From an uncultured Ruthenibacterium sp. (GTDB taxonomy: Bacteria; Bacillota; Clostridia; Oscillospirales; Ruminococcaceae), in the NCBI GenBank assembly GCA_944386555.1, contig CALXBN010000061.1, forward strand, positions 15,255 through 79,254: DNA of 64,000 nt, in the 5' to 3' direction. The notes under the pieces were generated by a model, which saw only the letters and a program-made list of their open reading frames with translations, was not told the DNA's origin and did not search any database. Every line of letters starts with the position of its first letter. The first letter of the stretch is position 1. Of the stretch, positions 7,960 through 17,298 are shown in pieces. Made by a program: the position numbers and the translations under genes.

Positions 7960-8190
7960 TTGGGAGGGGGTTCCCCGGGTGTGGGGGCGGCTGCAGGCCC
8001 CCACACCGGGGACACCCAAACACAAACGCATGTTTGCTTATATATATAAGGCTATTTTGCATGCAAAAAATAGCGGTCATAGCGGCTATTTTGCAAAAAT
8101 CGGCGTCGTGCACGGCCTTTGCGATAGCGGCCATTTTGCCAAAAATATACGAACCGTAAAGAGAAATTGAACGAATTGTACAGGCGTGGC
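7960..8190. repeat. Putative phage replication origin (AT-rich iterons plus hairpin)
   Basis: ATAGCGGCTATTTTGCAAAAAT (8079-8100), ATAGCGGCCATTTTGCCAAAAAT (8124-8146), a third ATAGCGG at 8070, an inverted GCTATTTTGC-AT-GCAAAAAATAGC and a GGTGTGGGGG/CCCCCACACC hairpin, just downstream of the primase-helicase. Confidence 0.5.
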
Positions 8191-8198
8191 CGGCCGCG

Positions 8199-10451
8199 TC
8201 AGCCGCCGCTGCCGGGCTCCTTGCGGCCCACCTTCTCGCCGTCGATCCAGTACCCGCCGTCGGCCCGCAGGCGCTTTTTCACCGTGGCAGGCTTCAGGTC
8301 CAGATACTCGGCCATGGCGTAGATGGTCACCTCCCCGTCCATGGTGCAGGCCTCGAAGGCGGTGGACAGCTGCTTTTCCTTGGCCTTGTCCACTTTGTCC
8401 CGGTCTCCCCAGCGCTTGGCCGCGCCCCGGGCCCCCAGGGCCCGGTAGTCCGTTTCGGGCTGCAGGTCCTCCAGCAGGCCGTTGTCCGGCCGGTGCACCG
8501 GATAGCAGAACCACAGGTTCACCGGGGCAAAGCGCTCGAATTCCCGCAGGGTGCCCTCGATGCGCCAGGCGGTGCGCCCGGCGACGTCTTTTGCGCGCTT
8601 GGCGATGTCCGCGTCCAGGGCGCGCAGGTCTGCCAGGCCCAGATGCTCCCGGCAGATGTCCATCAGCCGGGCTTTGCTGAAGCGGTCATCCGGGCCCGGG
8701 GCGTCGGCGTGGCCGCGCTTTTCCAGCAGCGCCAGGCAGGCTTCGCACGCCGCGCGTTTTTCCAGCTGGGCGCGGATGGCCTCGGTGACGGGCAGCTCGG
8801 TCATGTCCAGCATGGCGTCCGGGTCCCGGGCGAACACGCCGGAGCCGGAGGCGCGGTCCATGCTGCGCTTTCCGCCCTGGGCGCCCTTCGAGTGGTGATG
8901 ACAGTAGATCACCGCGCACCCCAGGGCCCGGCACACCAGGTCGAACTGGTTGCAGAAGCGGGCCATCTGGTCCGCGGAGTTCTCGTCGCCGGTGATCACC
9001 TTGTAGATGGGGTCGATCACCACGGCGATGTAGTGCTTCTTGGCCGCGCGGCGGATGAGCTTGGGCGCCAGCTGGTCCATGGGGACGCTGGCCCCGCGCA
9101 GGTTCCACAGCTCGATGTTGCGGATGCCCGCCGGCTCGAAACCCAGGGCGGCGTACACGTCCTTGAACCGGTGCAGGCAGGAGGCGCGGTCCAGCTCCAG
9201 GTTGATGTACAGCACCTTGCCCTGGGCGCAGGCAAAGCGCCCCAGCCAGGGCCGGCCCTCGGCGATGGCGATGCACAGCTGGATGAGGGCGAAGCTTTTG
9301 CCGGCCTTGCTGGGCCCGGCCAGCAGCATTTTGTGGCCCTGGCGCAGCACGCCGTCGATCAGCGGCGGGGCCAGCGGGGGCATGTCGTCCCAGCTGTCGG
9401 CCAGAAGCTCGGTGTCGGGCAGCTCGTCGGTGGCGCCGTCGATCCAGTCCACCCACTCGTCCCAGCAGCTTTTGCCGGTGCCGGTCTCCAGCAGATACTG
9501 CTTCTGGCCGGCGCGCAGCACCCCCGGCATCCGGGACAGGCGGCTGGGGTTGCGGTTCTGCTGGTCGATGGCCAGGCCGTTTTTCTTGCAGACGGCGTAC
9601 AGGTAGTCCACCCGCTTGCGGTACTCGGCGTAGTCCGGCGCGTCCACCCGCACAATGGCGTGCAGGCTTTTGCCGCCGGAGTACACCAGGGCGGCCAGGG
9701 GCAGCTCCATGCCCCGCAGAATGGCCGCCTGGCGGGCCAGGTCCTGCTCGTCGGATTCCACCAGGGCGTAGCGGTATTCCGTGATGTTGGCGTCCCGTCG
9801 GCCCTGGCCGTCCACGGGGTTGATGCAGATCCAGGCGCCCACGTCGGGGTCATAGTCTCCCAGCACGCGGCCCAGGTCTCCGCCGCAGGTCTCCAGCTCG
9901 GCCAGCAGCTGGCCGGCGGTGCGGTCCCAGCAGCCCCGGGTGGGGCGGGGCCGGTCCTTGTCGAGGAAGCTCTCGGTCACATAGGCCACGTAGTCGCCGG
10001 CCTCGAACAGGGCCCGAAGGTAGTCGGCCAGCTGCGCGGCCGGGTCCCAGGGGGCGTCCGGGCCGGGGATGGACAGCTCCGGCACGTCCAGCCAGCGGGG
10101 GTCCACCACCCGGCCGGACTCGTCGGGGCCGGGGGCATCCCGCACCGCAATGGCGTCCCCCCAGCCCAGCCCGTGGCCAGCCGGGCCCGCCCAGCCGCTG
10201 TCGTAGGCCAGCTTGAAGAGGCTGGCCGCCGTGATGCCCCCATCCTGGCCGCCGTGAAAGCCGGCCCACTTGCGGGCGCACTCGCCCGGGTGGTAGCGGG
10301 CCGGGTCGCCCCGGCTCCAGTGCTCCCATACGTCGCAGGACAGGCCCGCGCTTTGCAGGGCCATGCCCACGGCCAGCCACTCGTCGTAGGCCAGGGCCGC
10401 GGGGGAAATGGCCTGCAGAGCCTCCAGCAGTTCGCTTTGCGTGTGTTCCGT
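8199..10451 (-). CDS. Primase-helicase (PriCT-2 domain, primase-like domain, AAA_25 RepA-type helicase)
   Basis: DEWLAVGMAL..WEHWS PriCT-2, YSGGKSLHAIV, Walker A GPSKAGKS and VIDPIYK; the N-terminus needs an ACG codon at 10451 (see findings). Confidence 0.85.
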   Translation of the reverse strand, partial: TEHTQSELLEALQAISPAALAYDEWLAVGMALQSAGLSCDVWEHWSRGDPARYHPGECARKWAGFHGGQDGGITAASLFKLAYDSGWAGPAGHGLGWGDAIAVRDAPGPDESGRVVDPRWLDVPELSIPGPDAPWDPAAQLADYLRALFEAGDYVAYVTESFLDKDRPRPTRGCWDRTAGQLLAELETCGGDLGRVLGDYDPDVGAWICINPVDGQGRRDANITEYRYALVESDEQDLARQAAILRGMELPLAALVYSGGKSLHAIVRVDAPDYAEYRKRVDYLYAVCKKNGLAIDQQNRNPSRLSRMPGVLRAGQKQYLLETGTGKSCWDEWVDWIDGATDELPDTELLADSWDDMPPLAPPLIDGVLRQGHKMLLAGPSKAGKSFALIQLCIAIAEGRPWLGRFACAQGKVLYINLELDRASCLHRFKDVYAALGFEPAGIRNIELWNLRGASVPMDQLAPKLIRRAAKKHYIAVVIDPIYKVITGDENSADQMARFCNQFDLVCRALGCAVIYCHHHSKGAQGGKRSMDRASGSGVFARDPDAMLDMTELPVTEAIRAQLEKRAACEACLALLEKRGHADAPGPDDRFSKARLMDICREHLGLADLRALDADIAKRAKDVAGRTAWRIEGTLREFERFAPVNLWFCYPVHRPDNGLLEDLQPETDYRALGARGAAKRWGDRDKVDKAKEKQLSTAFEACTMDGEVTIYAMAEYLDLKPATVKKRLRADGGYWIDGEKVGRKEPGSGG

Positions 10452-10457
10452 GGGTCC

Positions 10458-12080
10458 TCACCTCTCTTCCGTTGGCGCTTCGGCGGCGGGGGGCGTGTAG
10501 GCCGCGGGGTCAACGCCCCGGGGCACGCGCCAGCCGCTGGCCGAGATGCGGGTGATCATGTGGCTGGCGTCCTCAAAGCGCCAGGTGCCCACATGCACAA
10601 AGCCCTTCTGTTCCAGAAAGCGGATCTGTTTGGGCGTGGCCAGGCCCGCGTCCCGGCGCTTGGCCAGTCGGTCCAGCAGCAGGGACGCCTTGCCGGCGCT
10701 CTCAATGGCGTCGGGCAGAATGCCCCACTTCTCCAGGGCCTGCACCTGCCCGTCGCTGGGCGGGGCCAGCTCCCAGCCGAAGGCCGGCACGTAGTCCGCC
10801 AGATCCTGGGCCCCGATGCTCATCTCGTACTGCAGCGGGTCCACCAGGCGGCGCTTGCGCGTGCGCATCTGGGCCAGCTGCTTGGCCAGGGCCGCCTCCC
10901 GCTGGGCCACCACATCCGCGCTGGCCTGCCGGGCGGCCGCCTCAATCTCCTCCGGGCATCCGGCGGCGGCCAGTTTTTCCGTCATCTTCTGGGCCACCGC
11001 GCGGCTGTCGCACACCAGGTCCGCCGGGTGGCACAGCTCGTGGCGGGCGGTGTGCCACAGAAAGTCCATCAGCAGCAAGTCCTTCTTGCCGGTTTCCGGG
11101 CACAGGCGGGTGCCCCGGCCCACCATCTGGCTGTACAGGCTGCGCACCTTGGTGGGCCGCAGCACCACCACGCAGTCCACGGCCGGGCAGTCCCAGCCCT
11201 CGGTCAGCAGCATGCTGTTGCACAGCACGTCGTACCGGCCGGCGGCGAAGTCCGCCAGGACCTCGGCGCGGTCCGCACTCTCGCCGTGCACCTCGGCGGC
11301 GGAAAACCCGTGCTCGCACAGGATGTCCCGGAACGTCCGGCTGGTTTTCACCAGGGGCAGGAACACCACGGTGCGCCGGCCCCGGCAGTAGTGGGCCATC
11401 TCGCCGGCGATCTGCTCGAGGTACGGCTCCAGGGCGTCGCCCAGCCCCTGTACGGCCCAGTCGCCGCCGCTCATGGCGACGCCGGAGATGTCCAGCTGCA
11501 GGGGAATGGTCTGAGCCAGGATCTTGCACAGATACCCCTCCCGGATGGCCTGGGGCAGGGTGTACTCGTAGGCCAGGGTGTCGAACACCTCGCCCAGGCC
11601 GCGCATGTCGCCCCGGTCCGGCGTGGCGGTGACGCCCAGCACCGCGGCGCCCGGGAAGTGCTCCAGCACCCGGCGGTAGCCGTCGGTAACGGCGTGGTGG
11701 GCCTCGTCCACAATGACGGTGGAGAAGTAGTCGGCGGGGAATTTGTCCAGGCGGGCGGGGCGCTGCAGGCTCTGCACGCTGCCCACCACCACCCGCTCCC
11801 AGCGGCCCAGGCAGCTCTCGCCGGCCTTTTCCACGGCGCTGGCAAGGCCCGTGGCCCGGCGCAGTTTGTCGGCGGCCTGCTCCAGCAATTCGCCCCGGTG
11901 GGCCAGGATCAGCACCCGGCCGCCGGCGCGCACCTGGTCCTCGGCGATGGCCGCGAACACAATCGTTTTGCCCGTGCCCGTGGGCAGCACCAGCAGCGTG
12001 CGCCGCGCGCCGCCGTCCCACTGTGCGTGGACGGCGGCGCGGGCGGCTTGCTGATAGGGGCGCAGTGCCAGGGGGGCCAT
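10458..12080 (-). CDS. SF2 DEAD/DEAH-box helicase
   Basis: LRPYQ Q-motif, PTGTGKT, DEAHH, TATP, LLTEGWD, QMVGRGTR; start MAPLALRPYQ coupled to the upstream stop. Confidence 0.92.
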   Translation of the reverse strand: MAPLALRPYQQAARAAVHAQWDGGARRTLLVLPTGTGKTIVFAAIAEDQVRAGGRVLILAHRGELLEQAADKLRRATGLASAVEKAGESCLGRWERVVVGSVQSLQRPARLDKFPADYFSTVIVDEAHHAVTDGYRRVLEHFPGAAVLGVTATPDRGDMRGLGEVFDTLAYEYTLPQAIREGYLCKILAQTIPLQLDISGVAMSGGDWAVQGLGDALEPYLEQIAGEMAHYCRGRRTVVFLPLVKTSRTFRDILCEHGFSAAEVHGESADRAEVLADFAAGRYDVLCNSMLLTEGWDCPAVDCVVVLRPTKVRSLYSQMVGRGTRLCPETGKKDLLLMDFLWHTARHELCHPADLVCDSRAVAQKMTEKLAAAGCPEEIEAAARQASADVVAQREAALAKQLAQMRTRKRRLVDPLQYEMSIGAQDLADYVPAFGWELAPPSDGQVQALEKWGILPDAIESAGKASLLLDRLAKRRDAGLATPKQIRFLEQKGFVHVGTWRFEDASHMITRISASGWRVPRGVDPAAYTPPAAEAPTEER

Positions 12081-12565
12081 CAGAAGGCCCCCTGGGTCCA
12101 GCCCTTGGCGGGGGCCGCGGTGGGCGCGGGCTGGGGCAGGTAGCGGGTGATCTCGTTCACGCTGCGCACGCTGCCGTCCTTGGTTGTGTACTCCCGCACG
12201 CCCACGCGACACAGGCCCCGGCTGCCGGTCACCTCGTTCCAGCGGGGCACCAGCGCCTGGCCGTGGGCGCGCTGGCCGATGCTCTCGAAGAAGGCGCACA
12301 GCATGCCCTCGGTGCGGGTGTGCAGGTACAGCCGGTCGGTCAGCAGGGCCTGGCCCTTGTCGCCGCCGTCGATGCGCACCGTCAGCACGGCCATGGCGCA
12401 GGGGGGCAGCTTGGGCCCGCCGGGGTAGCGGCTGCGCTCAAACTTGACGATCTCAAAGGGGTATTCCCCCGCGGGCAGCAGCACATAGTCCGGCCCGTCG
12501 TTGCGGATCTCTTCGTCCCAGCCGAAGGCGCGGCCCTCGGTGTTCATCTCGTAGTTTGTCATCAT
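12080..12565 (-). CDS. Phage single-stranded DNA-binding protein (DUF669-like)
   Basis: GWDEEI..DG.DYVLLPAGEY...FFESIGQ...WNEV motif, located between the Sak4-like ATPase and the helicase. Confidence 0.65.
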   Translation of the reverse strand: MMTNYEMNTEGRAFGWDEEIRNDGPDYVLLPAGEYPFEIVKFERSRYPGGPKLPPCAMAVLTVRIDGGDKGQALLTDRLYLHTRTEGMLCAFFESIGQRAHGQALVPRWNEVTGSRGLCRVGVREYTTKDGSVRSVNEITRYLPQPAPTAAPAKGWTQGAF

Positions 12566-12578
12566 GATTCCTCCTCAT

Positions 12579-13739
12579 TCAAAAGGGCAAGTCGTCCAGC
12601 GTTTCGCTGCGTCTGTCGTAAATCATCTGCTGCACCTGCTGCCAGGCGGCCACCAGGCAGCCGTCCACAAAGTCGGCCGGGTAGTCGGCCACGGGCATGT
12701 CGGCGGGGAAGTAGCCCCGCTGGGCCACCACCGCCTGCACCTCGTCCGGCTCCACGCCGGAGGCCAGCATCAGCTGGGCCAGGGTCTTTGGAATCCTGGC
12801 TTCGGCCAGGCGGGCGGCCAGGTCGGCGTGCAGGGCACCGGCGGTGCCGGGCGGTTCCGCGGGTTCCGCCGGCGCCGCTGCGTTCTCGGGTGTGTCGGGC
12901 GCCGGTGCATCGGGGAAGGGCGCGGGGCCCGGCTCCGGCACAAAGCCCATCTGTTCGGGGGTCTGCCGGGGCGGCTGGGCCGGCGGGGGCGGCGTTGCCT
13001 GGCCGGCGGCGCCGGGCACGGGAACCACCGGGGCGATGGCGCTGTAGTCCAGGGGCAGCTCGTCGGGCAGGCCGTCCCGGTTCTTGGCGTCCCAGCAGGG
13101 GTGGTGGGTGGTGTACAGCACCCGGCGGCCCCCCTGGGCCTTGGCCTTGGCGTTCGGGCCGGCGCCGTCCTTCACCACCACGGTTTTGTAGTTGGCGAAC
13201 AGCAGCATGTCGCACCACTCACGCAAAAGGGGCGCCACCTGTTTGGAGACCTTCAGCTGCCAGCGGTCGTAGGCGCCCATCTCGTCGGGCTGCTCGAACT
13301 TCACGATCTGTGCGTGGGCGGTCACCACCACGTTGGGCCCGCTGTCCACCACCTCCTCCAGGGCGTCCAGCAGCCGGGCAAACTCCTCTTTCACATAGGT
13401 GTAGCCCTTGCCGTAGCCGAAGTCCTCGATGCCGGCCTTCCCCGCGCGGTCGCACACGGCGCGGATGCACAGGCGCTCGGCCCAGTCGGCGGTGTCCAGC
13501 ACCAGGGTGCCGCAGGGCACCGCGCCCTTTCGCACCTCGGCCACCTCGTCCAGCAGCATGGCCCAGCTGGTGGGCGTGGGCAGGCGGGCCACGTTCAGCT
13601 TCTTGGTGCCGCCCTCGGTGTCGATGAACACCGGTGCGGGGAACTTACTCGCAAAGGTGCTTTTTCCAATGCCCTCGGGCCCGTACAGCACTACCTTCAA
13701 GGGGGTGTGGACGGGGCCGTGTGTCACGGTGTATGCCAT
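12579..13739 (-). CDS. AAA_24 ATPase, Sak4-like single-strand annealing recombinase
   Basis: KVVLYGPEGIGKST, FIDTEGG, TLVLDTADW, GYGKGY, DAKNR; Pro/Ala-rich linker and DDLPF C-terminus. Confidence 0.82.
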   Translation of the reverse strand: MAYTVTHGPVHTPLKVVLYGPEGIGKSTFASKFPAPVFIDTEGGTKKLNVARLPTPTSWAMLLDEVAEVRKGAVPCGTLVLDTADWAERLCIRAVCDRAGKAGIEDFGYGKGYTYVKEEFARLLDALEEVVDSGPNVVVTAHAQIVKFEQPDEMGAYDRWQLKVSKQVAPLLREWCDMLLFANYKTVVVKDGAGPNAKAKAQGGRRVLYTTHHPCWDAKNRDGLPDELPLDYSAIAPVVPVPGAAGQATPPPPAQPPRQTPEQMGFVPEPGPAPFPDAPAPDTPENAAAPAEPAEPPGTAGALHADLAARLAEARIPKTLAQLMLASGVEPDEVQAVVAQRGYFPADMPVADYPADFVDGCLVAAWQQVQQMIYDRRSETLDDLPF

Positions 13740-13740
13740 G

Positions 13741-15072
13741 TCAGAACGCTCCTTTCGTCCATTTGCGCGGCGCGGGCGCGCCGGCGGCGGCCGGGGCTGC
13801 GGGGCCGGCGGCCTCGTCCGCCGCCTCGGCGCCCGCCACGCGCCCGTCCTCAATGATGATCTGGCACTCGCCGCCCTTGCTCACCCGGGTGGCGATGGCC
13901 TGCAGGCCCTCGCCCTCCAGCCACCGGGCAAAATCGCGCAGGGTGGCAAGGTCCATCTGCTCCAGCTTGTCCAGCAGCACAAAGCCGCACTGAGGGGTCA
14001 GCTTTCGCACAATGGCGGTGGCGATGCGCAGCTGGTCGCTGCCCGAGCAGTCGCTCCAGCGCCGGCCCTGATAGGTCAGGGCGCCGTTCTCCACCGACAG
14101 GCCGGGCAGGGGCAGGTTGGCCCCGTTCAGCAGGGCGGTGCGCCGGTCCCGCAGCGCGTCCAGCTCCACGGTCATCTGGGCGTACTGGTCTGCATAGGCC
14201 CGGGCCTCGTCGGCGGCGCGCTCTTTGTCCAGGTTGGCGCGCACCTTGCGGTTTACCTCCTCCACGTCGGCCAGGGCGGCCTCCAGTGCGGCGGTGCTCT
14301 CGTCCTGCAGGCCGGCGGCGGATTTGCGGGCGTCCTGCACATCCTGCTGCACGGCGGCCAGCTGATGCTCCGCCAGTTCCAGCTCCTGCGCAAGCTCCCG
14401 CACGCGCCGGCCCAACTGCTGTTCTTTCTCCTCCAGCTGGGCCAGATGCAGGCGCTTGCGTTGGTTTTCCCCGTTGCGGGCCAGGATGTCCTGCTGGCGG
14501 CGGATCAGCTCCGACGGGCTCACCGGTTCGTCCGGGGCCTCGGGATAGCTCTGCAGCTCGTCCACGTAGTGCTGTTTCTGGCTGGCGATCTGGCCGACGG
14601 CTGTGCGCTTGTCATACAGGGTTTGGATCTCCCGGTCCAGCAGGGCCAGCCGGTCGCCCACGCCGATGATGCGCAGCAGCGTGTCGGCCTTCTCCTTGTC
14701 GCTGGCGTTCAAAAAGCGGGGCAGGTCCAGGGCCAGCTGCTCCACAAATTCGTTCAGGATCTGCTGGCCGCCCCGCCGGCCGGTGGGGTCGGTGACGGTG
14801 AGGGCGCTGTTTTTGCCCTTGCGCTCGGCCACCAGCCCGTTGGACAGCTCCACCCGCAGGTGGGGCGGCGCCACGGCGCCCGCCCGGGCGGCGGCGGCCG
14901 GGCGGTATTTCTCTCCGCCCAGGGCCCAGGCGATGGCGTCCAGCACGCTGGTTTTGCCCTGGTTGTTGTCGCCGCCGATCACCGTCAGCCCCGTGGGGGC
15001 GGGGGTGATGCGCACGGCCTTGATGCGCTTGACGTTTTCGGCCTCCAGGCCGATGATTTTCACGCTTTCCAT
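13741..15072 (-). CDS. SMC/Rad50-like AAA ATPase with long coiled coil
   Basis: ENVKRIK, GDNNQGKTS Walker A, coiled coil, CSGSDQL signature, VLLDKLEQMD Walker B. Confidence 0.82.
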   Translation of the reverse strand: MESVKIIGLEAENVKRIKAVRITPAPTGLTVIGGDNNQGKTSVLDAIAWALGGEKYRPAAAARAGAVAPPHLRVELSNGLVAERKGKNSALTVTDPTGRRGGQQILNEFVEQLALDLPRFLNASDKEKADTLLRIIGVGDRLALLDREIQTLYDKRTAVGQIASQKQHYVDELQSYPEAPDEPVSPSELIRRQQDILARNGENQRKRLHLAQLEEKEQQLGRRVRELAQELELAEHQLAAVQQDVQDARKSAAGLQDESTAALEAALADVEEVNRKVRANLDKERAADEARAYADQYAQMTVELDALRDRRTALLNGANLPLPGLSVENGALTYQGRRWSDCSGSDQLRIATAIVRKLTPQCGFVLLDKLEQMDLATLRDFARWLEGEGLQAIATRVSKGGECQIIIEDGRVAGAEAADEAAGPAAPAAAGAPAPRKWTKGAF

Positions 15073-16427
15073 GCCTCGATCTCTCCTTGAATGTTCAGAA
15101 ATATGTCTCTCAGCCTGTCCAGGGCGTGGGTGCGGCGGCCCGCATCCATGCGGGGCAGCAGCGGGCCCAGCGAGCGCCATGCGCTTTCAATCACGCGGCC
15201 GGTGTAGATCGCGCTGTCGTAGGCGTCCCGGATGGCCTGCTCGGCCTGCTCGAAGCCGGCCGGTTGGGCTGCGCGCAGGGCGTCGAGTTCCGCGCGCAGC
15301 GGCGCGGTCAGCGCGTCGGCGCGGGCTTGGGCGCGGCGGTTCACTTCGTCCTCGTCCACGGCCTGGGCCTCAATGGGTGCGGCCCGCAGGGCGTCGTTCT
15401 CGGCGGCCAGCTTGTCGCCCCGCAACTTGGCCGCGGCCAGGGCGTCCCGGGTGCCGTCCCGCTGCCGCTCGGCCTCGTCGGCCCGGCGGCGCTCCTCGTC
15501 GCGCTGGCCCGCGATGACGCCCGCCATCCGGCGGGATTCCTCCCGCGCCTGTTCGGCATTTTCCCGCGCGGCCTTCTCGGCGTTGTACCGGGCCAGCAGG
15601 GCCTGGTATTCCTTGTGGGTGGTGATGTCGCCGTTCTTCACGGCCTGCACCAGCGCAGGCGGGGCCGACGGCTTGGCGGCGGCGTACAGCAGGGAGGGGC
15701 CCAGTTCTGCCAGGACCTTCTCTTCACGGGGCGTACTATTCTCGAACAGCCTTGCGACCTGCAGCAGCCGCTCGGCCGCCTTGCGGTTCAGCCCTACGCT
15801 GTCACACCAGCGGCCGAAGGTCTTTTCGGGCGAGAAGAAGGTTCCGTCACCGTTGCGACATTTTGTCGCATCGGATGCGCACAGTGCATCGTGGGCGATG
15901 GCCACGCCGTCGGCCATGCGGCGCAAGCCGACTTCTACCAGCTTGCGTCCGTTTGTGTACTCGCGCTCGGCCAGGTGCAGGTCTGCCACCGTCTGCTCGT
16001 CCAGCCCGCTGTAGTCAAAGGTGGGAAGGCTTGAGGGGTCAATGGGGGCAAGATCCTCGGGCGGCTCTGTGCTCGGCGGTACGTGGGAGGGGCGGGACGG
16101 GCAATCTTCGTCCGGCGCAATGCAGCCGTATCCCTTGTCGCTTCCATCGCATCCCGCCTGCGGGCAGTACTGGGCCTCGCACGCAGGGCATGGGCATGCT
16201 TCGCACGCCTTTGCCACCAGCGCCCAGCCATTCCGCTGCGCATTGCCCCGCAGGTACTCCTCTTCGCCTTCGGTGGTCGCGTTGCCGGCATGCAAGCCCG
16301 GCGGCGTGCATTTTTTCCAGATGGCGCTGCTCTTGGGGTCAAGGTAGTACACCCAGTAGCAGCCCTTGTACGGCTGCGGTCCCACGCGGTACAGCCGCCC
16401 GGTGGCCGGGTCTCTGTAAGTGCTCAC
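15060..16427 (-). CDS. Phage protein with Cys-rich N-terminus, DUF3102-like HTH region and coiled coil
   Basis: GTG start with AGGGAGGG RBS; CEACPCPACEAQYC..C..C..C cluster; FGRWCDSVGLNRKAAERLLQV; coiled-coil C-terminus. Confidence 0.6.
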   Translation of the reverse strand: MSTYRDPATGRLYRVGPQPYKGCYWVYYLDPKSSAIWKKCTPPGLHAGNATTEGEEEYLRGNAQRNGWALVAKACEACPCPACEAQYCPQAGCDGSDKGYGCIAPDEDCPSRPSHVPPSTEPPEDLAPIDPSSLPTFDYSGLDEQTVADLHLAEREYTNGRKLVEVGLRRMADGVAIAHDALCASDATKCRNGDGTFFSPEKTFGRWCDSVGLNRKAAERLLQVARLFENSTPREEKVLAELGPSLLYAAAKPSAPPALVQAVKNGDITTHKEYQALLARYNAEKAARENAEQAREESRRMAGVIAGQRDEERRRADEAERQRDGTRDALAAAKLRGDKLAAENDALRAAPIEAQAVDEDEVNRRAQARADALTAPLRAELDALRAAQPAGFEQAEQAIRDAYDSAIYTGRVIESAWRSLGPLLPRMDAGRRTHALDRLRDIFLNIQGEIEAWKA

Positions 16428-16579
16428 TCGGCCGCCCTCCCTTCAGCCAGCGCCGCGATTGCCCGTTCGGCTTCCCGGCGGTTTTTGTATATGCTCCAGA
16501 ATGTGCCGCCGACGTACAGCAAATACAGCGCGGAGCGCTCGTCGTAGACCAGCTGGATATCGAGATCTTTTTTGCTCAC
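16424..16579 (-). CDS. Small hypothetical phage protein (51 aa)
   Basis: GTG start overlapping the upstream stop (GTGA); VSKKDLDIQLVYDERSALYLLYVGGTFWSIYKNRREAERAI...; stop overlaps the next start. Confidence 0.5.
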   Translation of the reverse strand: MSKKDLDIQLVYDERSALYLLYVGGTFWSIYKNRREAERAIAALAEGRAAE

Positions 16580-16908
16580 CACGCCGGCCACCTCACTTCC
16601 TCGTAGGGCACCTGGGCGCCGGCGAACTTCTGGCGATAGCGGGCCGCCTGCTCGGCCGTCAGGCTGCGGAAGGCCTGGCCTGCGAAGCCCACAATCAGGC
16701 AGCGGCCGTAGTACCATCGGCCCCGGTAGCAGCGGTTTTTCGCCAGCCCCCGGGCCTGGCCGTCGGGCAGGTACAGCAGGGCGGCCTTGTCGGTGGAAAA
16801 GCGCAGCATGGCCGTGGGCCCGCCGCACAGCCCGTCCAGCGCCTGCTGGGTGTCGCCAACCGTCTGCACCAGCGGCGGGCGGCAGGGGTCAAGTACGATG
16901 GCGGTCAC
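16576..16908 (-). CDS. Hypothetical phage protein (DUF3846-like)
   Basis: AGGAGG RBS and GTG start; P...V.DTQQALDGLCGG and NR...YYGRCLIVG pattern. Confidence 0.55.
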   Translation of the reverse strand: MTAIVLDPCRPPLVQTVGDTQQALDGLCGGPTAMLRFSTDKAALLYLPDGQARGLAKNRCYRGRWYYGRCLIVGFAGQAFRSLTAEQAARYRQKFAGAQVPYEEVRWPAW

Positions 16909-17035
16909 GGCGGCGCACCTCCTTCCGGGCAGCGAAGCGGTCGGTCAAAAATCCGACCGCGGTGATGGCCGCGCCCAGGCCGAAGCTGAACACGCAGGCG
17001 GCCAGCACGCGGCACAGTTCTGTCAACGTTGTCAT
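16889..17035 (-). CDS. Small single-pass membrane protein (48 aa; not in the supplied ORF track)
   Basis: GGGAGG RBS; MTTLTELCRVLAACVFSFGLGAAITAVGFLTDRFAARKEVRRRDRHRT has one hydrophobic helix and a basic tail. Confidence 0.55.
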   Translation of the reverse strand: MTTLTELCRVLAACVFSFGLGAAITAVGFLTDRFAARKEVRRRDRHRT

Positions 17036-17091
17036 CTTGTAAAGTCCCTCCATTTGTGATAGGATGGAGGCGGAAGTACGGTTTGCTCAAC

Positions 17092-17292
17092 TCATCTTCC
17101 GCCTGTGCCGTCCAGGGCGTCTGCAGCGCCCTGGGCGGCCTCTTGTATATCGGGTAAAAGTGCCGAATCCGCAAGATAGCGGGCGATCAGCCGCGCGGGG
17201 AGGTCGAAATAAACGGCGTCCTCCACGCGGGCCCGCCCCGCCTCCACCGCGATGGTGGCGGACAGCGGCACATGGCACAGGCCAGGGGCCAT
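17092..17292 (-). CDS. Hypothetical early phage protein
   Basis: AAGGAG RBS; 66 aa ORF directly downstream of the cro-like gene. Confidence 0.55.
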   Translation of the reverse strand: MAPGLCHVPLSATIAVEAGRARVEDAVYFDLPARLIARYLADSALLPDIQEAAQGAADALDGTGGR

Positions 17293-17298
17293 GAGGGG

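Noticed and set aside
7925-8134. Extended N-terminus of RusA as given in the ORF track
   Set aside because: It translates the ori-like repeat region; the AGGAGA RBS supports the ATG at 7924.
8040-8150. Short repeats considered as a mini-CRISPR array
   Set aside because: Only two or three degenerate ~22 nt copies with irregular spacing and no cas genes; better explained as ori iterons.
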